Shown in pieces: positions 34,974 through 36,198 of a stretch of 36,198 nucleotides of DNA. The stretch comes from a virus (Duplodnaviria; Caudoviricetes). A program made the position numbers and the translations under genes. Below the pieces are notes generated by a model, which made no database searches, was not told the origin of the DNA, and was given only the letters and a program-made list of their open reading frames with translations. Each line of letters begins with the position of its first letter. Position 1 is the first letter of the stretch. The stretch spans positions 1 to 36,198 of IMG/VR virus record IMGVR_UViG_3300025608_000047; one strand, written 5' to 3'.

Positions 34974-35360
34974 ATGGCTAGTGTATCACAGGCACTGTCT
35001 GAACTAGGCATCACAGAATGGGTTCTCCGTGGAGAGCCTACAACAGAGGCAGAGTTCAACGAAATGTTCCGCAAGGTCACTGGAGCAGACGCTAATGGTT
35101 CAGCCATTGAGTCAGCTAACTCAGCAGACTGGGGCGTAACGTGGACTGAAGTTTCAGCCAAGGTCACTGAACTCACAGCGGCAGAGCCTATGAAGGCATT
35201 GCGTGAAGAGCGTAACCGCCGTATTGCTGAGACAGACTGGTGGGCATCTTCTGATCTGACCATGACTGCTGAGCAAACTGCATACCGTCAGGCACTGCGT
35301 GATATCACAGACAGCGCAACTTCTTTAGATGACGTAACTTGGCCTACAAAGCCGGAGTAA
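34974..35360 (+). CDS. Tail fibre assembly chaperone
   Basis: LREERNRRIAETDW..YRQALRDIT..WPTKPE. Confidence 0.8.
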   Translation: MASVSQALSELGITEWVLRGEPTTEAEFNEMFRKVTGADANGSAIESANSADWGVTWTEVSAKVTELTAAEPMKALREERNRRIAETDWWASSDLTMTAEQTAYRQALRDITDSATSLDDVTWPTKPE

Positions 35361-35363
35361 GAG

Positions 35364-36198
35364 ATGACTCGTGCAAGAGACTTAGCCAACTTATTAGATG
35401 CGACTGGTGACGTAGTAGCAGATGCGTTAGATAACGCTCCGCCATCACAAGGCAAGAATCTCATTCTGAACGGTGCGATGCAGGTTGCACAGCGTGGGAC
35501 GAGTGCTGTTGACCCAAATGCATCATATGAATACCCAGTAGATCGACACAGAGTTTATGCTCAGGCTTCTGGTGATTTAACAGCACAACAAAGTACAGAT
35601 GCGCCTTCAGGATTTAAAAACTCCTTGTCAGTTACATCTTCTGCGGCAACAACGCCATCAGCATCAGACATTTATCTTTATAACTATTCTTTTGAAGGCC
35701 AAGATGTTTCAAGTATTGGCTTTGGTACAGCATCGACTAGGGATTTTACATTATCGTTCTATGTTAAATCGTCTTTGACAGGTACATTCACGGGGACATT
35801 TAGGAACGGAGCAACAGTAACGCACACTTATGGTTTTTCGTATACCATTAACTCTGCAAACACTTGGGAGCGCAAAACAATAACAATATCCCAAGCGGAC
35901 ACATCTGCTATCAGTTTTGCCGATGATAATAGATTAGGTCTTTCTTTGTCTTTAGACTTAGGATGTGGATCAACATACCAAGCCGCATCAACAGGATCAT
36001 GGTTGTCAGGAAATGACCTAGCAGTTACTGGTGGCACTCAGTTGATTGGAACTTCTGGAGCAACTTGGCAAATCACCGGAGTCCAACTAGAAGTCGGCTC
36101 TGTTGCCACACCATTTGAACACCGCAGTTACGGTGAGGAGCTTGCGTTGTGTCAGAGGTATTATTGGCGATTAGCGGCTGATGATAGTCCAGACGTTC
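35364..36198 (+). CDS. Tail fibre protein with putative carbohydrate-binding domain (truncated by window end)
   Basis: MTRARDLA..KNLILNGAMQVAQRG..ITGVQLEVGSVATPFEHRSYGEELALCQRYY; runs off the window. Confidence 0.75.
   Translation, partial: MTRARDLANLLDATGDVVADALDNAPPSQGKNLILNGAMQVAQRGTSAVDPNASYEYPVDRHRVYAQASGDLTAQQSTDAPSGFKNSLSVTSSAATTPSASDIYLYNYSFEGQDVSSIGFGTASTRDFTLSFYVKSSLTGTFTGTFRNGATVTHTYGFSYTINSANTWERKTITISQADTSAISFADDNRLGLSLSLDLGCGSTYQAASTGSWLSGNDLAVTGGTQLIGTSGATWQITGVQLEVGSVATPFEHRSYGEELALCQRYYWRLAADDSPDV

Noticed and set aside
1-36198. tRNAs, introns/inteins, stop-codon reassignment
   Set aside because: No cloverleaf recognised; core genes are uninterrupted and of normal size; all three stop codons end genes.

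Overview
The window is most of a lytic, podovirus-like dsDNA phage genome, probably circularly permuted. It has three parts. (1) A minus-strand replication arm (9410-20227): T7-like primase-helicase, family A DNA polymerase (Tyr762 type), SSB, 5'-3' exonuclease, resolvase and class I ribonucleotide reductase nrdA/nrdB, with no RNA polymerase. (2) A plus-strand virion and lysis arm (22628-36198, apparently continuing at 1-9367): TerS, lysozyme, TerL, portal, scaffold, capsid, many tail-fibre modules, holin, tail tube proteins and three ejection proteins. (3) A compositionally distinct segment of about 2 kb (20400-22600) carrying a Gp88-like gene and the probable terminal non-coding region. Transcription appears to rely on consensus sigma70 promoters. 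The most unusual signal is non-coding: 22220-22600 packs three NtrC-type boxes, two divergent KOPS octamers, a double IHF consensus, a Zur-type box, a sigma54 -24/-12 element and a sigma70 promoter. A second sigma54 element is nested in the promoter upstream of the scaffold and capsid genes, and a separate palindrome cluster lies between nrdA and nrdB. Family assignments are by motif recognition only; no searches were run.
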